This document shows positions 42,616-55,399 of a stretch of DNA of 64,000 nucleotides, piece by piece. Both the position numbers and the translations under genes were made by a program. Within the stretch, counting starts at the first letter, position 1. Each line of letters starts with the position of its first letter. The DNA is from Rebecca billardiae RCC1528 (taxonomy: Eukaryota > Protista > Haptophyta): positions 248,001 through 312,000 of the forward strand of contig OZ251253.1 of NCBI GenBank assembly GCA_965240325.2, written 5' to 3'. Below the pieces are notes generated by a model, which did no database searches, was not told the origin of the DNA, and saw only the letters and a program-made list of their open reading frames with translations.

Positions 42616-43356
42616 ATGGTCGAGGTTCATCACGCCGGGTCGATGTACGACTTGGTCGTCGGTGACAGCCGGGAGCCCCTCGTCGGTGGCCTCGTCGTCG
42701 GCCTCGCCACGGTCGTCCTCACCGCGCTGCTCGAGGTGATGGACCTGCCCGCCGTGCGGCGCGTGCTCACGCAGGCGGGCGATGGGCGGGCGCTGTACCG
42801 GACAGCGCTCTGCATGAACGCGCTGAACAACCTCGTGATCGGCCCGCTGGTGTGGCACGCCGCGGCGAAGCTCATGTGCAGCCCGCTCAAGCCGCGCGCC
42901 GAGTGCGCCCTCGACGTGCTCGGCCTGGTGGCCGTGCACGCACTCGGCTTCTATCTCGGCCACGCGGCGATGCACCGGCCGTCCCTCTACCGCCACCACC
43001 GGCTGCACCACCGCTTCCACTCCAACGTGACGCCCGTCTCCGCCAACTGCGTCTCCCTCGTCGAGTACGCCCTGGCGTACATGCTCCCCTTCGTCGTGGG
43101 CATCTTCCTCCTGCGCCCGGACAAGCTCGCCCTGCTCGCGGCCGTCACGTGGATCTCGGTGGCCAACTTGCTGGTGCACATGCCCGCGCTGGAGGCGCTC
43201 TCGGCGCGGTACCTCCCCGCGCTGTTCGTCGGGACGCACGACCACCTGGAGCACCACAAGCGGCTCACCTGCCTTTACAGCGCGCCCACGTTCTCCGTCG
43301 ATCGCATCGTCAGCGCCACTGCAGCCGCACTTGGAGCAGGCAATAAGACAAAATGA
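42616..43356 (+). CDS. Fatty acid hydroxylase / sterol desaturase family protein
   Basis: His boxes HAAMH, HRLHH, HLEHH with TM segments. Confidence 0.85.
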   Translation: MVEVHHAGSMYDLVVGDSREPLVGGLVVGLATVVLTALLEVMDLPAVRRVLTQAGDGRALYRTALCMNALNNLVIGPLVWHAAAKLMCSPLKPRAECALDVLGLVAVHALGFYLGHAAMHRPSLYRHHRLHHRFHSNVTPVSANCVSLVEYALAYMLPFVVGIFLLRPDKLALLAAVTWISVANLLVHMPALEALSARYLPALFVGTHDHLEHHKRLTCLYSAPTFSVDRIVSATAAALGAGNKTK

Positions 43357-43650
43357 CGGCGGCGGTCCGCTGCGCAATGCGGAATGCCGCCGACAGACGG
43401 CCGACTCCGCTGCTTACTGGTTTCACGTACGAGTGCGGGTTTCACGTACGAGTGCGCCATGGGCTGGCGTGGGAGCGCCTAGCCCCATGCAGTCCAGGAG
43501 CATCAGCCGCGGATTCGTGCGGACCGTGCGGCGCCTTCGGCGTCCCGATCCGCGCGAGGCTCCCGCGCCGGGCGGCGGAAAAGCCGCCGATTATGACTGA
43601 TGGCGGTTACATTGGTTACAAGCAGTTGTCGTATAGTCGGAAGTATACTG

Positions 43651-44727
<1,077 letters not shown>

Positions 44728-44743
44728 ATATATATATATATAT

Positions 44744-46129
<1,386 letters not shown>

Positions 46130-46539
46130 GGCGCAATTATTATATCAGATCGATTCTGCCGTGCTAGCTCAATCCGCCCGACTGAATCTAGGCGATCAGT
46201 GGCCGCGACCGCGGTACAGGCGGTAGACTCTGCTAGGGCGCAGCGGTACAGTGATAATAGCAGCATCAGTAACCTACGCGTACTGCATGCTGGACCCTGC
46301 TGCGCTGCGTAGTACAAGATCTCGTAGCCGCAGGGCCAGGTCCGCGCGTCCGACCGTCAGAGTCGGAGTCACGGCCGCCACGGCGCCGCCCCGTTATAAT
46401 CGTCGTCGTCATATTATAATAACTGGCTGCGCCCTGGTGGTCACCGGAGCGCGGCCGGCGAGGTCGTATACGCACCATATTAATCGGGACGAGCTGCATG
46501 AGCTGCGCGTGCGAGTGACAGGCGTGCACACCGCCACGC

Positions 46540-47532
46540 CTATGACGACGACGACGGCCCTGCCGCCGCGCCCTCGACCTGTGCGAGCACCGTGCCGAGC
46601 GGCTCGCCTCGCTGCAGCGCAGCCGTGGCGGCGTCGAGCTGTGGCTCCATGGTGGAGAGGTGGGACCAGGCCATCAGCGCCGCCCAGCGCGTGTACCCCT
46701 GCTGCGCAGGCGGCGTGAGCCGCGGCGTCACGCGCGAGAGCACCTGCTGCATCGCGCGCAGGTCTGCCTGGCCGCCCTCTGCGCTGCCGAATTTATTATA
46801 TTCCGCGACGAGCCCGGAGATGGCGACGACGAGGAGCGGCGCGGCGGCGTCGAGGTCGAGCGGGGCGCGCGACGCCGCGGCCTCCTCGGCGAAGCGCACC
46901 TCCGGCCCGCTCTCCGCGCCGCCGTCCAGGCTGTAACTCTCAACCGCCAGCCCACATGAGTAGCCCGTGAGTAGGTGGGCCGCCTCGTGCACGGCGATTC
47001 TCTGCGCGGCCTCGTCGCCGCGCCCCTCGAGCCACTTGCCGGGCGCGGCGAGGAGGTTGGGCGCGGTCGAGCCCACCGCGAGCAGCCCGATCGGGAGCAG
47101 CGCCGCGAGGTACGACAGGCCGAAGCGCACGTCGTCGCGCAAAAAGGTCGCGGAGTACACCGCCAGCATGAGCACTGTGGAGCCGCCGATCACCTTCGCG
47201 GTGAAGCCCTTGTAGTCGAACTCGGGCGCGGAGAGCAGCTTGGTGGGGTCGATGCCGGTGAGTCGCTCGAGCTCCTGCCGCGCGACCAGCCGCGGCGCGA
47301 GGCGCAGCGAGTCGTACGTCGACGCGGCGCCGTCGCGCTTGAGCGCGCCGCACGCGTCGGCGAAAGCGCTCGCGTCGCCCACGGCCGCGTCCACGCCGGC
47401 GAGGGCGGGGGGCTGCGAGACGGCGGACATGCGGAGGTGCGAGCGAGCCGTGCTGGAGCCGAGAGCGCGCGAGCGCAGCCCCGCGGCACACGCCGGCAGG
47501 ACGAGTAGCAGAGCCGCGTGCACGCCCTTCAT
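46540..47532 (-). CDS. Plastid-targeted peptidase M41-like (FtsH protease-domain-only) membrane protein
   Basis: Signal + transit-like N-terminus, two TM helices, RIAVHEAAHLLTGY (HExxH), SGLVAE, GGQADL, RWAAL. Confidence 0.75.
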   Translation of the reverse strand: MKGVHAALLLVLPACAAGLRSRALGSSTARSHLRMSAVSQPPALAGVDAAVGDASAFADACGALKRDGAASTYDSLRLAPRLVARQELERLTGIDPTKLLSAPEFDYKGFTAKVIGGSTVLMLAVYSATFLRDDVRFGLSYLAALLPIGLLAVGSTAPNLLAAPGKWLEGRGDEAAQRIAVHEAAHLLTGYSCGLAVESYSLDGGAESGPEVRFAEEAAASRAPLDLDAAAPLLVVAISGLVAEYNKFGSAEGGQADLRAMQQVLSRVTPRLTPPAQQGYTRWAALMAWSHLSTMEPQLDAATAALQRGEPLGTVLAQVEGAAAGPSSSS

Positions 47533-47867
47533 GACTGGCGCGCGCTGCTCGTTCGTTTGCTGTGATGCACGGACGGGCGCACCTTCGAGACAAAGGCCCA
47601 GGCCGGGCAGCCGCCGGACTGCTCCGGAATGATTTGCGCACACCGTTCATCAGCGCGGCGTCACATCTGATCAACATCACCTTAGTTATCATACTCTAAC
47701 CATAACTTACCGCGGCGTTGGCCGCTGAGCCAGTAGCGACAAACTTCGATGCTCACGCCGGACGGCGTGCCCATCAGCGCGCAGCGCCACATGCACCTGC
47801 CCCCTCCACCGCGGCGCCAGCCGCCCGTCCGTCTCGGCCCCAAGCGTTTGAAACGGTCGCAGTGTCG

Positions 47868-48899
47868 CTACTTCCACTCCGCGCGGTCGCCGACGCGCCG
47901 CTGCCGCTCGGCGTCCTGCATGGCGAGCCGCCGCTCGATCACATTCATATTCGCACCCGAGTTTTCGGTGGCGTACATCGCCTTCGCGGTGGTGGCGAAC
48001 GACTTGGGGTGCCAGTTGTAGCACGCGTCGCCGTCGAACTCGAGGAGCAGGTCCGCCACCGCCGGCTGCAGCGTCAGCTTCCTGTAGTGCTCCTTGTCGC
48101 CGCCGCCGCTCAGCTTGAAGAGCAGCTCGACAGTTACGGGCGTCGCAAACGGTTTCGGCCCGCCGTCCGCCGCGGGCCTGCGCGTGCGCGCCGCCGTGTT
48201 GCCCAGCTCGGCGTCGGGCGCGCGGCCCGCCGCGACCGGATCGTCCGGCTCCGACGCGGGCGCGGGGAAGTTGCGCACCGTGCACTCCGTCGCTCGGCTC
48301 AGCTCGGGAATCAGCTGCCTCAGCTCCGCCCACGCGCGCAGGTCCGTCGAGCGCACGACGAGCGTCTTGTACCGCTGCATGTGCATCGGGCGGGTGTGCG
48401 AGAAGCCGCCGCCGATCTTGGTGCCCAGCGCCGCCGCGCCCGAGCCCGGCGCCGGGCCCATCCGCTCCATCCGCTCCGCGAGCGCGTCAATCTTGTTGCG
48501 GCGCGCGTCGTCGTACGCCGCGTTCGCCTGCCACTCGCGCGCCGCGCCGGGCGCGTAGCGCTCGACGAAGGGGAGCGAGCGCGTGTCGTACTGGGGGTAG
48601 CCGGGCTGCAGGCTGCGGAGTGGCAGGCTCGCGTAGAAGACCTCCTCCTGCGCAGCCGGCGCCGCGGGCGCCGACGCTTGCTCGGCGGCCGCCCCGGACG
48701 GTCCGGGACGCGAGAAGCCGAATCGCCCGGCGGTCTCGCTGCCGGCGGAGCCGGGGCGCGCCTCGCGCAGCGAGCCGTCGAGGATGGCGCAGCACTGCTC
48801 GAGCAGCTCCACCGGCGGCACGCTCTCGCGCCGGAGCAGCGCGCTCACGCGCGCCACCACCTCGTCGCGCAGGCGGTCGTCGAGGCCGGCGGCAGACAT
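47868..48899 (-). CDS. Hypothetical protein
   Basis: 343-codon ORF with strong GC3 coding bias, head-to-head with the next gene. Confidence 0.6.
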   Translation of the reverse strand: MSAAGLDDRLRDEVVARVSALLRRESVPPVELLEQCCAILDGSLREARPGSAGSETAGRFGFSRPGPSGAAAEQASAPAAPAAQEEVFYASLPLRSLQPGYPQYDTRSLPFVERYAPGAAREWQANAAYDDARRNKIDALAERMERMGPAPGSGAAALGTKIGGGFSHTRPMHMQRYKTLVVRSTDLRAWAELRQLIPELSRATECTVRNFPAPASEPDDPVAAGRAPDAELGNTAARTRRPAADGGPKPFATPVTVELLFKLSGGGDKEHYRKLTLQPAVADLLLEFDGDACYNWHPKSFATTAKAMYATENSGANMNVIERRLAMQDAERQRRVGDRAEWK

Positions 48900-49008
48900 C
48901 GTCCCGAGCTGAGACATTCAACTGCCCGTTCGCGCCGCTCGGGAGCGCGTCCGGAGGTCCTTCGGCGACCGGCGTGGACGGTCCGGGCGCACGGGTGTAC
49001 GAGCCAGG

Positions 49009-51225
49009 ATGGAGGCGGAATCCGCCAGCGGGGCGAGCGTGCACTCGCTGCTCGCGCGTGCGGCGCAGCTGTCGCCGGAGCGCCCGGCCGTGCTCCACGG
49101 CACCACCGTGCTCACCTGGCGCGAGGTGGAGGCCCGCGCCCTCGCCCTCGCGCGCGCGCTCGGCCGCCTGACGAAACGCGGCGACTCGGTCGCGACTGTG
49201 CTCGGGCTCTCGCCAGTCGCCCTCGACTATCTCTTCGCCGCGGCGGCGATGGGCTCGCCGCTCGTGCCGCTGAACACGCGGTGGACCGTGCACGAGCAGC
49301 TCGAGGCGCTCGCCGACAGCGGCGCGCGCGTGCTCGCCACCGACTCGCGCGAGCTCGCGCGCGCGGTGGCGCATGCAGCCGCGCGCGGCCGCTTGTCCGT
49401 CGTCGTCCTTGTGACGCTCGGAGCGGCGGCGGCGGAGGGCGCGGCGGCGGAGAGCGCGCGTGGCGCGGCGCTGCGCTGCGTGTCGCACGACGCGCTGCCC
49501 TCGGCCGCGCACGCCCCGCGCGCGCAGCCGCCGCCTCCGCCCGATGGGCCCGAAGCCAGCGGCGTGCCTGGCGACAATGCGCGCGCGCTCCGTGCGGGCA
49601 GCGGCGCTCCGGGCAGTGGCGCGGAGCCGTACCCGCTCCGTGCGGGCAGTGGCGCTCCGGGCAGTGCCGCCGAGCCGTGCGAGCTCCGACCGGGCAGCGG
49701 CGCCGAGCTGTGCCAGCTGGTGTTCACGTCAGGCACGACGGGCGGGCCGAAGGGCGTGGCGCTCAGCCACGCCGCCGTCGTCGCGCAGGCCGTGCAGAAG
49801 GCCGTCGTCCTGCGCTACTCACAAAATACCCGCCAGTTGGCCGCGGCGCCGCTCTTCCACGTCGCCGGCCTGAGCGCCGTGCACGCGGTCACGGCGGCGG
49901 GCGGCGCGCACGTGCTGCCGCGCTCGACGGCGGGCGCTGCGATGCTGGAGGCGGTGCGCGCGCGCGGTGTGACGGACCTCGTCGTCGTGCCGGCGATGCT
50001 GCACGCGCTGCTGCTGCACGAGATCGCGAGCTCACCCGCGGAGCGGCCGAGCGCGCCCAGCGTGCGCACCGTCTTCGTCGGCGGCGGCACGCCCTCGCCT
50101 GCGCTGATGCGCGCGGCCGTGCGCGCGTTCGCGCCGCGCGCGCGGTTCGTGCTCTCATATGCGTGCACCGAGGCGGGCTCGACGATGTGCACGCGCGAGC
50201 TGCGCGGCGTGGGAGATGGCGATCTCGGTGCTAGGGGCTCGGACGCGCGGGACGGCGGCGGTGGGGGAGATCGTGATCTCGCCGCCGCCGCCGCCAGCGC
50301 AGATTGCGACCTCCGCGGCTGGGCAGATCGCGATCTCGGCGGCGTGGACGTAGGCACGCCGCTTCCCCTGGTGGAGGTGGCGCTCCTCCCGCCGCGAGGC
50401 GCACCGGACGGCCACCCCGCGGGCGCGCGCCCGCCGCCGAGCGAGGGCCGCCATGCTGCCGCTGGGGCCGTCGCGCTGGCGCGGCCGGGCTACGGCGCCG
50501 CTGCGGGCACCAACGCCGGCGCCGCGCGGCCGACACACTCGGCCGTAGCGCCCACGCCGCACTCGCGCCCCGGCGAGATCGGGGAGATTGTCACGAGGGG
50601 GCCTCACCTCATGGCGGGGTACTGGCGGCGGCCGGAGGCGAGCGCGGCGGCGCTTGAGGGCGGCTGGCTGCGCACTGGCGACCTCGGCTACTTCGCCACG
50701 GCGCCGGGCCGCGGCGCGCCCGCGCGCGGCGGCGGCGCAGCGCGGCGCGCCGCCGCGGCCCCAGACCACCGCGGCGCCGCGGTGGGCGCGGACGCTCCGG
50801 TTCCCGGCGGCGAAGAGGTCCGGCAGGACGAAACAGTCCGGCTCGTCCTGCTCGGCCGCGGGAGCGACGCGTTCAAATCGGGCGGCGAGCTGGTGCACGC
50901 CTCGGAGGTCGAGGCTGCCCTGCGCGAGCACCCGGCCGTGGCCGACGCGGCCGTCACCGCCGTGCCAGACGATCGGCTGGGTGACAAGGTCGTGGCTGTG
51001 GTGGTCCTCGCGCGCGCGGACGCGCCGGCCACCGCAACGGTTGCGCAGCTGCTGGCGCACTGCCGCGCGCGGCTCGCGCGGTACAAGGTGCCGCGCGAGC
51101 TGCTCGCCTGGCCGGCCGAGCGGCTGCCGCGCACGGCGAGCGGCAAGGTGATCAAACCGCGGCTGCGCGAGGCAGTGCTCGCCGAGCTGGGCGCAGCGGC
51201 AGCAGCGCCACGCGCGCGGCTGTGA
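49009..51225 (+). CDS. menE: AMP-binding acyl-CoA ligase, o-succinylbenzoate-CoA ligase (MenE/AAE14-like)
   Basis: FTSGTTGGPKGVALSH, QAVQK..., PLFHVAG, SYACTEA, WLRTGDLG, FKSGGE, PRTASGK; C-terminal ARL. Confidence 0.7.
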   Translation: MEAESASGASVHSLLARAAQLSPERPAVLHGTTVLTWREVEARALALARALGRLTKRGDSVATVLGLSPVALDYLFAAAAMGSPLVPLNTRWTVHEQLEALADSGARVLATDSRELARAVAHAAARGRLSVVVLVTLGAAAAEGAAAESARGAALRCVSHDALPSAAHAPRAQPPPPPDGPEASGVPGDNARALRAGSGAPGSGAEPYPLRAGSGAPGSAAEPCELRPGSGAELCQLVFTSGTTGGPKGVALSHAAVVAQAVQKAVVLRYSQNTRQLAAAPLFHVAGLSAVHAVTAAGGAHVLPRSTAGAAMLEAVRARGVTDLVVVPAMLHALLLHEIASSPAERPSAPSVRTVFVGGGTPSPALMRAAVRAFAPRARFVLSYACTEAGSTMCTRELRGVGDGDLGARGSDARDGGGGGDRDLAAAAASADCDLRGWADRDLGGVDVGTPLPLVEVALLPPRGAPDGHPAGARPPPSEGRHAAAGAVALARPGYGAAAGTNAGAARPTHSAVAPTPHSRPGEIGEIVTRGPHLMAGYWRRPEASAAALEGGWLRTGDLGYFATAPGRGAPARGGGAARRAAAAPDHRGAAVGADAPVPGGEEVRQDETVRLVLLGRGSDAFKSGGELVHASEVEAALREHPAVADAAVTAVPDDRLGDKVVAVVVLARADAPATATVAQLLAHCRARLARYKVPRELLAWPAERLPRTASGKVIKPRLREAVLAELGAAAAAPRARL

Positions 51226-51757
51226 CCGAATCGTCCTCTGCCAGGCGCTGTCAAGTGTCAGAAGGTCAGCACGGCGACTCAGCCGCAAGACGGAGTCGCC
51301 AATCGGCATCGCCGAACTAGTAGTACTAGTGGCCCTTTAGGCACCGCGCATCGGCACGACTAGTGAACCGTCCTTGTACAGCCCGGCTGGCTCGGCGCAG
51401 ATGGACGAGCCTCTCGCAGTCCGACTGTCTGTCCTAACCGGAACCCGCGGGGCCGCAGCCGCTCTGCCACCCGCGCGCCGGGATCCCGGGCTGACTGTCG
51501 GTGAACGCCGAACTGCGGTGCCACAGCTAGCTTGGCAGCTGGTGACCTTGGGGACGGTGCACCCGGCGGACGCCGAGTCGAGCGCCGCTGTCGCTCGCTG
51601 TGAGCGGTCCTGTGAGAGGCGCTCGGGCGCTCACTCGGCCCCACCCTGAGTTGAGTTCAGTCCTTGGGTGTGCATGCACGACCGCGGACCGGCATCGTGC
51701 CTCACTTCCGGCCGGAGAGCGCTTGCGTCCGTTCGTCACGTGACCGCGGTGCCCAGC

Positions 51758-52351
51758 ATGGGGAAAGTGCGCAAGTGGAAGGAGCCCGCGAAGCAGCGGT
51801 GCGCCTGCGCGCCGGGCGGCGCGCCCCGCGCCCGTGCGCCTCGTCTTACGCAACTCGCCGTGCGTGCGGACGCGCAGGGCGTCCGCCATCGTGAAGGGCC
51901 CGTACAAGGGCGTCGCTTGGGAGAAGAAGACGGAGGAGCGCGCGGTGAGGCGACAGATGCTGCTGCAGCAGCGGGCGCTCAACGAGGAGATCGCGCAGGA
52001 GAAGCGCGACGAGCGGAAGCGTATCGAGGTGCGTCCGGCGTGCCGGCGCCACGCCCGCACGCCCCTGTACGCTTGCCGCCCACGACGCCGCCGACGGCCC
52101 GCCCTCCGCGCACGCGCCGCCGTCCGCAGGAGAAGCGCCAGCGGCGCGAGGCGAACCGCGCCATGTCCGGCCGGATGCAGGTGATCAAGGACCCGAAGAA
52201 GATCAAGAAGATGTCGAAGAAGCAGCTGCGCACAATCACCACCGCGGACACCACCGGCGTTGCGCCCGTCGACAAGGGGCCGGGGCGGGAGGTGGTGGCC
52301 GGCTCCAAGAAGCCAAAGCCAAAGCCTGCCGCGGCCGCAAAGCGCCGGTGA
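51758..52351 (+). CDS. CCDC86/Cgr1-like nucleolar coiled-coil protein; introns 51799-51877, 52029-52129
   Basis: Spliced product MGKVRKWKEPAKQRASAIVK...WEKK...EKRQRREAN...QVIKDPKKIKKMSKKQLR. Confidence 0.75.
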   Translation: MGKVRKWKEPAKQRCACAPGGAPRARAPRLTQLAVRADAQGVRHREGPVQGRRLGEEDGGARGEATDAAAAAGAQRGDRAGEARRAEAYRGASGVPAPRPHAPVRLPPTTPPTARPPRTRRRPQEKRQRREANRAMSGRMQVIKDPKKIKKMSKKQLRTITTADTTGVAPVDKGPGREVVAGSKKPKPKPAAAAKRR

Positions 52352-52962
52352 CAACGCGCGCCGCGTAGGCCGCCCAGCAGTTGATCGTCCTATATCGTCT
52401 TAGTCCTTACCAGCCGAGGGCCGCACTCCCGCCCTTCAGCACTGCCGTTATTGTTGTCTCTCTAGCTCTCTGCCTATACAGCTCCGTAGCCGCGTCGCCT
52501 ATATTAACGCCTTATGACATAAGTTAATATTAACGCTTATGACGACCGGCACGGTCGCAGGCCCGACAATCCGGGTCGGGCGGGTGGCGCCACGGGCGCG
52601 GCGTGCACTACGCGGACACTAGACAGACGGGCGGCGCGGCCGACTACTGTCCGCCTGATCAGCAGCAGAGTGATTGATGAGTGATTGGCACCGCCTGACC
52701 GGGATCGACCCGTTTTGCCGTCATCACTCAGTTCAGCAGACGACGCGCGATATATACTATACGACCGGCGCCCGCAGCGCCTGTCATCAAGTGATGAGTC
52801 AGTCATCAATATCGTCAATCAATAATAATCTATAAGCGTCTTCTGCGTCGTAGTATATACCGCGCTCTGTCTATCTATACCGTGACGGTCCGGGACAACT
52901 GCTACGGTCAGCACTAGCTAAGACGACGATATATATATAGATTATTAATTGCGCTGCTGCTG

Positions 52963-54899
52963 CTATGCTGGCGCGCGCACAGCAGCGCATGCATGCTGAT
53001 GACGACGACGATTAATGCGACGACGCTGAGTAGCATCGCCATGACATGCATGATGATCAACAGCCCGGGCGGCAGCATGCCGTCGCCGGCGGTCCATGAG
53101 TAGTGCGACGAGGGCGATGTTGCACAGCGAAGAGAGCGCGAAGGCGGCGGCGAGCGTCGAGGTGCTCGACGCCCGCCCGCCACGGTCCCGCCCGACGCCG
53201 TCGCCTGCGCGCGCGCGGTCCGACTCGCGCACGTCGGCGCGCAGCGCGCCCGCAGCCTGTCGTCCGCCGCCGCCGTCAGCGTGCGCGGCGCGGGCGGCGA
53301 GCTCGGGCTCGGGCGCGGGCGCGGCGCCGGACGCGAGCTTGTTGGCGCAGCGCGCCGGCTTGGTCAGGTACACCGCGTCGCTGCCAAGCAGCCCGCCGTT
53401 GTCCACCACCCCGTCCCGGCTGACGCTCTCGCAGCTCCGGTTGAAGTTGAGGTTGGTCGGGTCGCGCGAGCCCTGGCACGAGTGCCGACGCCACTCGTAG
53501 CGCGCGTGCGTGCGGTTGAGCACGTCGAGCATGCCCACGCCGAAGGAGGCCTCGCGGTACGCGGACCACTCGGGCTGCGGCTCGGCCCAGCCGAAGTGCA
53601 CGCCCTCGCGGTTGCCGCCGTCGCCGAGGGTCAGGTACACCGGCCCGCACTCGTCCGCCCGCCCGGCGTACGTGGGGTGCGTGCGCTCGTACGCGTGCAC
53701 GTGGCCGTTGAGGACCAGGTCGACGCCCGCGCGGCGCAGCAGGGCCTCGGTGTGCGCGCGCATCAGCCGGGTCTCGCCGGCGTGCGCGGCGTCCGAGCAG
53801 TAGAACGGCGCGTGCATCATCACCACCAGCCACGGCGTGCGCGCGCGGTCCACGCGCGCCAGCGCCCCCTGCAGCCACGCGTGCTGCCTACTGCCCGGCT
53901 GCGTGGGCGCGTACGAGTTGAGCGCTAACACGTGCACGGGGCCGATCTCAGCACCCCAGTACGTGTTGTCCGACGAGCCGCTCGCGGCGGAGGGGTTGCG
54001 CCAGCGCGCGTTGTACGAGGCGCCGCCCTCGGCCTCCACCTCGTGGTTCCCCACCGTCGTCAGCACGGGCACGCGCGACGCCAGAGGCTCCACCAGCTCG
54101 GCGAACGAGTCCCAGCGCGGGAGGTAGCCGTCTGCGTACGCGAGGTCGCCCGCCAGGAGCACCGCGTCGGGCGCGGCGCCGAGCAGCGCGTGGATCGAGG
54201 CGTTGGACGCGGGGGTCTGGCCGAGGTCGGCGACCAGGCCGATCCGCACGCGCCCGAGCACCGACGCGCCCGACGCCGGCGGCATGCGGAACGCGTGCCG
54301 CCGCTCGTCGTTGGGCACGCGGTAGCGCACTCGCTCGCCCGGCGCCAGCCCGCTCAGCCGCACGTGGTGGAGCACGGGCGAGGCGTAGAACGCCGCCGGG
54401 TTGTACGCCGAGCGCAGGCCCCACTCGACGCGCGTCGGGCTGTTGTACACGCGCGTGCCCTGGGCCCACCACGACGTGTTCTCGATGTCCAGCAGCTGCT
54501 GCGCCGTCGCGGCGGGCAGGCCTACGTCTGGGTGGAGCGTGTACCGGTCAAACGACATCAGCTGCGTGTACGACAGGCGCTGGCCCGCGGGCGCGGCGCG
54601 CAGCGCGTCGGCCGAGCGCCCGTACCACACGACGGACGGCGTCGCCTCCGTCGCCGACGCGAAGCTCACGACCGCCTCGAACGGGCCGGCCAGCGCGACG
54701 TGCACCTGGCTCGAGCACGGCGGCGCGGCGCACTTGCGGTTGGCCGGTTGGGCACGATCCGCCGCGCGGGCAGGAAGTCGGAGGAGGCGGGGCGCACGTA
54801 GTCCGACGTCCGCCACCGGCGGTGCGCACGGCGCGCGCAACGGGCCCCGTGCACAGCGCAGCACGCCGCGACAAATACGGCCAGCAGGCGGGCGCGCAT
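52963..54899 (-). CDS. Purple acid phosphatase with signal peptide and C-terminal TM; frame break near 54740 (8-bp insertion or 92-nt intron)
   Basis: ADLG, GDLAYAD, GNHE, MMHAPFY, GHVHAYER metal ligands; the signal peptide MRARLLAVFVAACC is in another frame. Confidence 0.85.
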
Positions 54900-54995
54900 C
54901 CTGATTCCGCGGGAGCGCTCGCCTCTATCTATCTGAGACTGCATGCGCTGACAGATGATTCATCACTGATATGACTACGATTGCGCCATCATTAC

Positions 54996-55123
<128 letters not shown>

Positions 55124-55399
55124 CCACTGCGAGCAAGTGCTGCAGTGCTTGCGAGAGTAGTACCGCCGGACCATGCACGATGCTATCTGATGATGAATAT
55201 ATATACTATTACTATACGACGACTGCTACATGATCACTGTCGTCATCATCCCGGATCATCAGTGATATCAGAGTCCGGTAAGTGGGGGTCACTACATTGC
55301 AGCGGCATCAACGCATATCGTCAGCTGACGACTGCGTCCTGCGGCAGGGCGGCTGCTCGCTGACGGCCTGGGGCCGGCACAGCCGCCGCAGCCCGCCGC

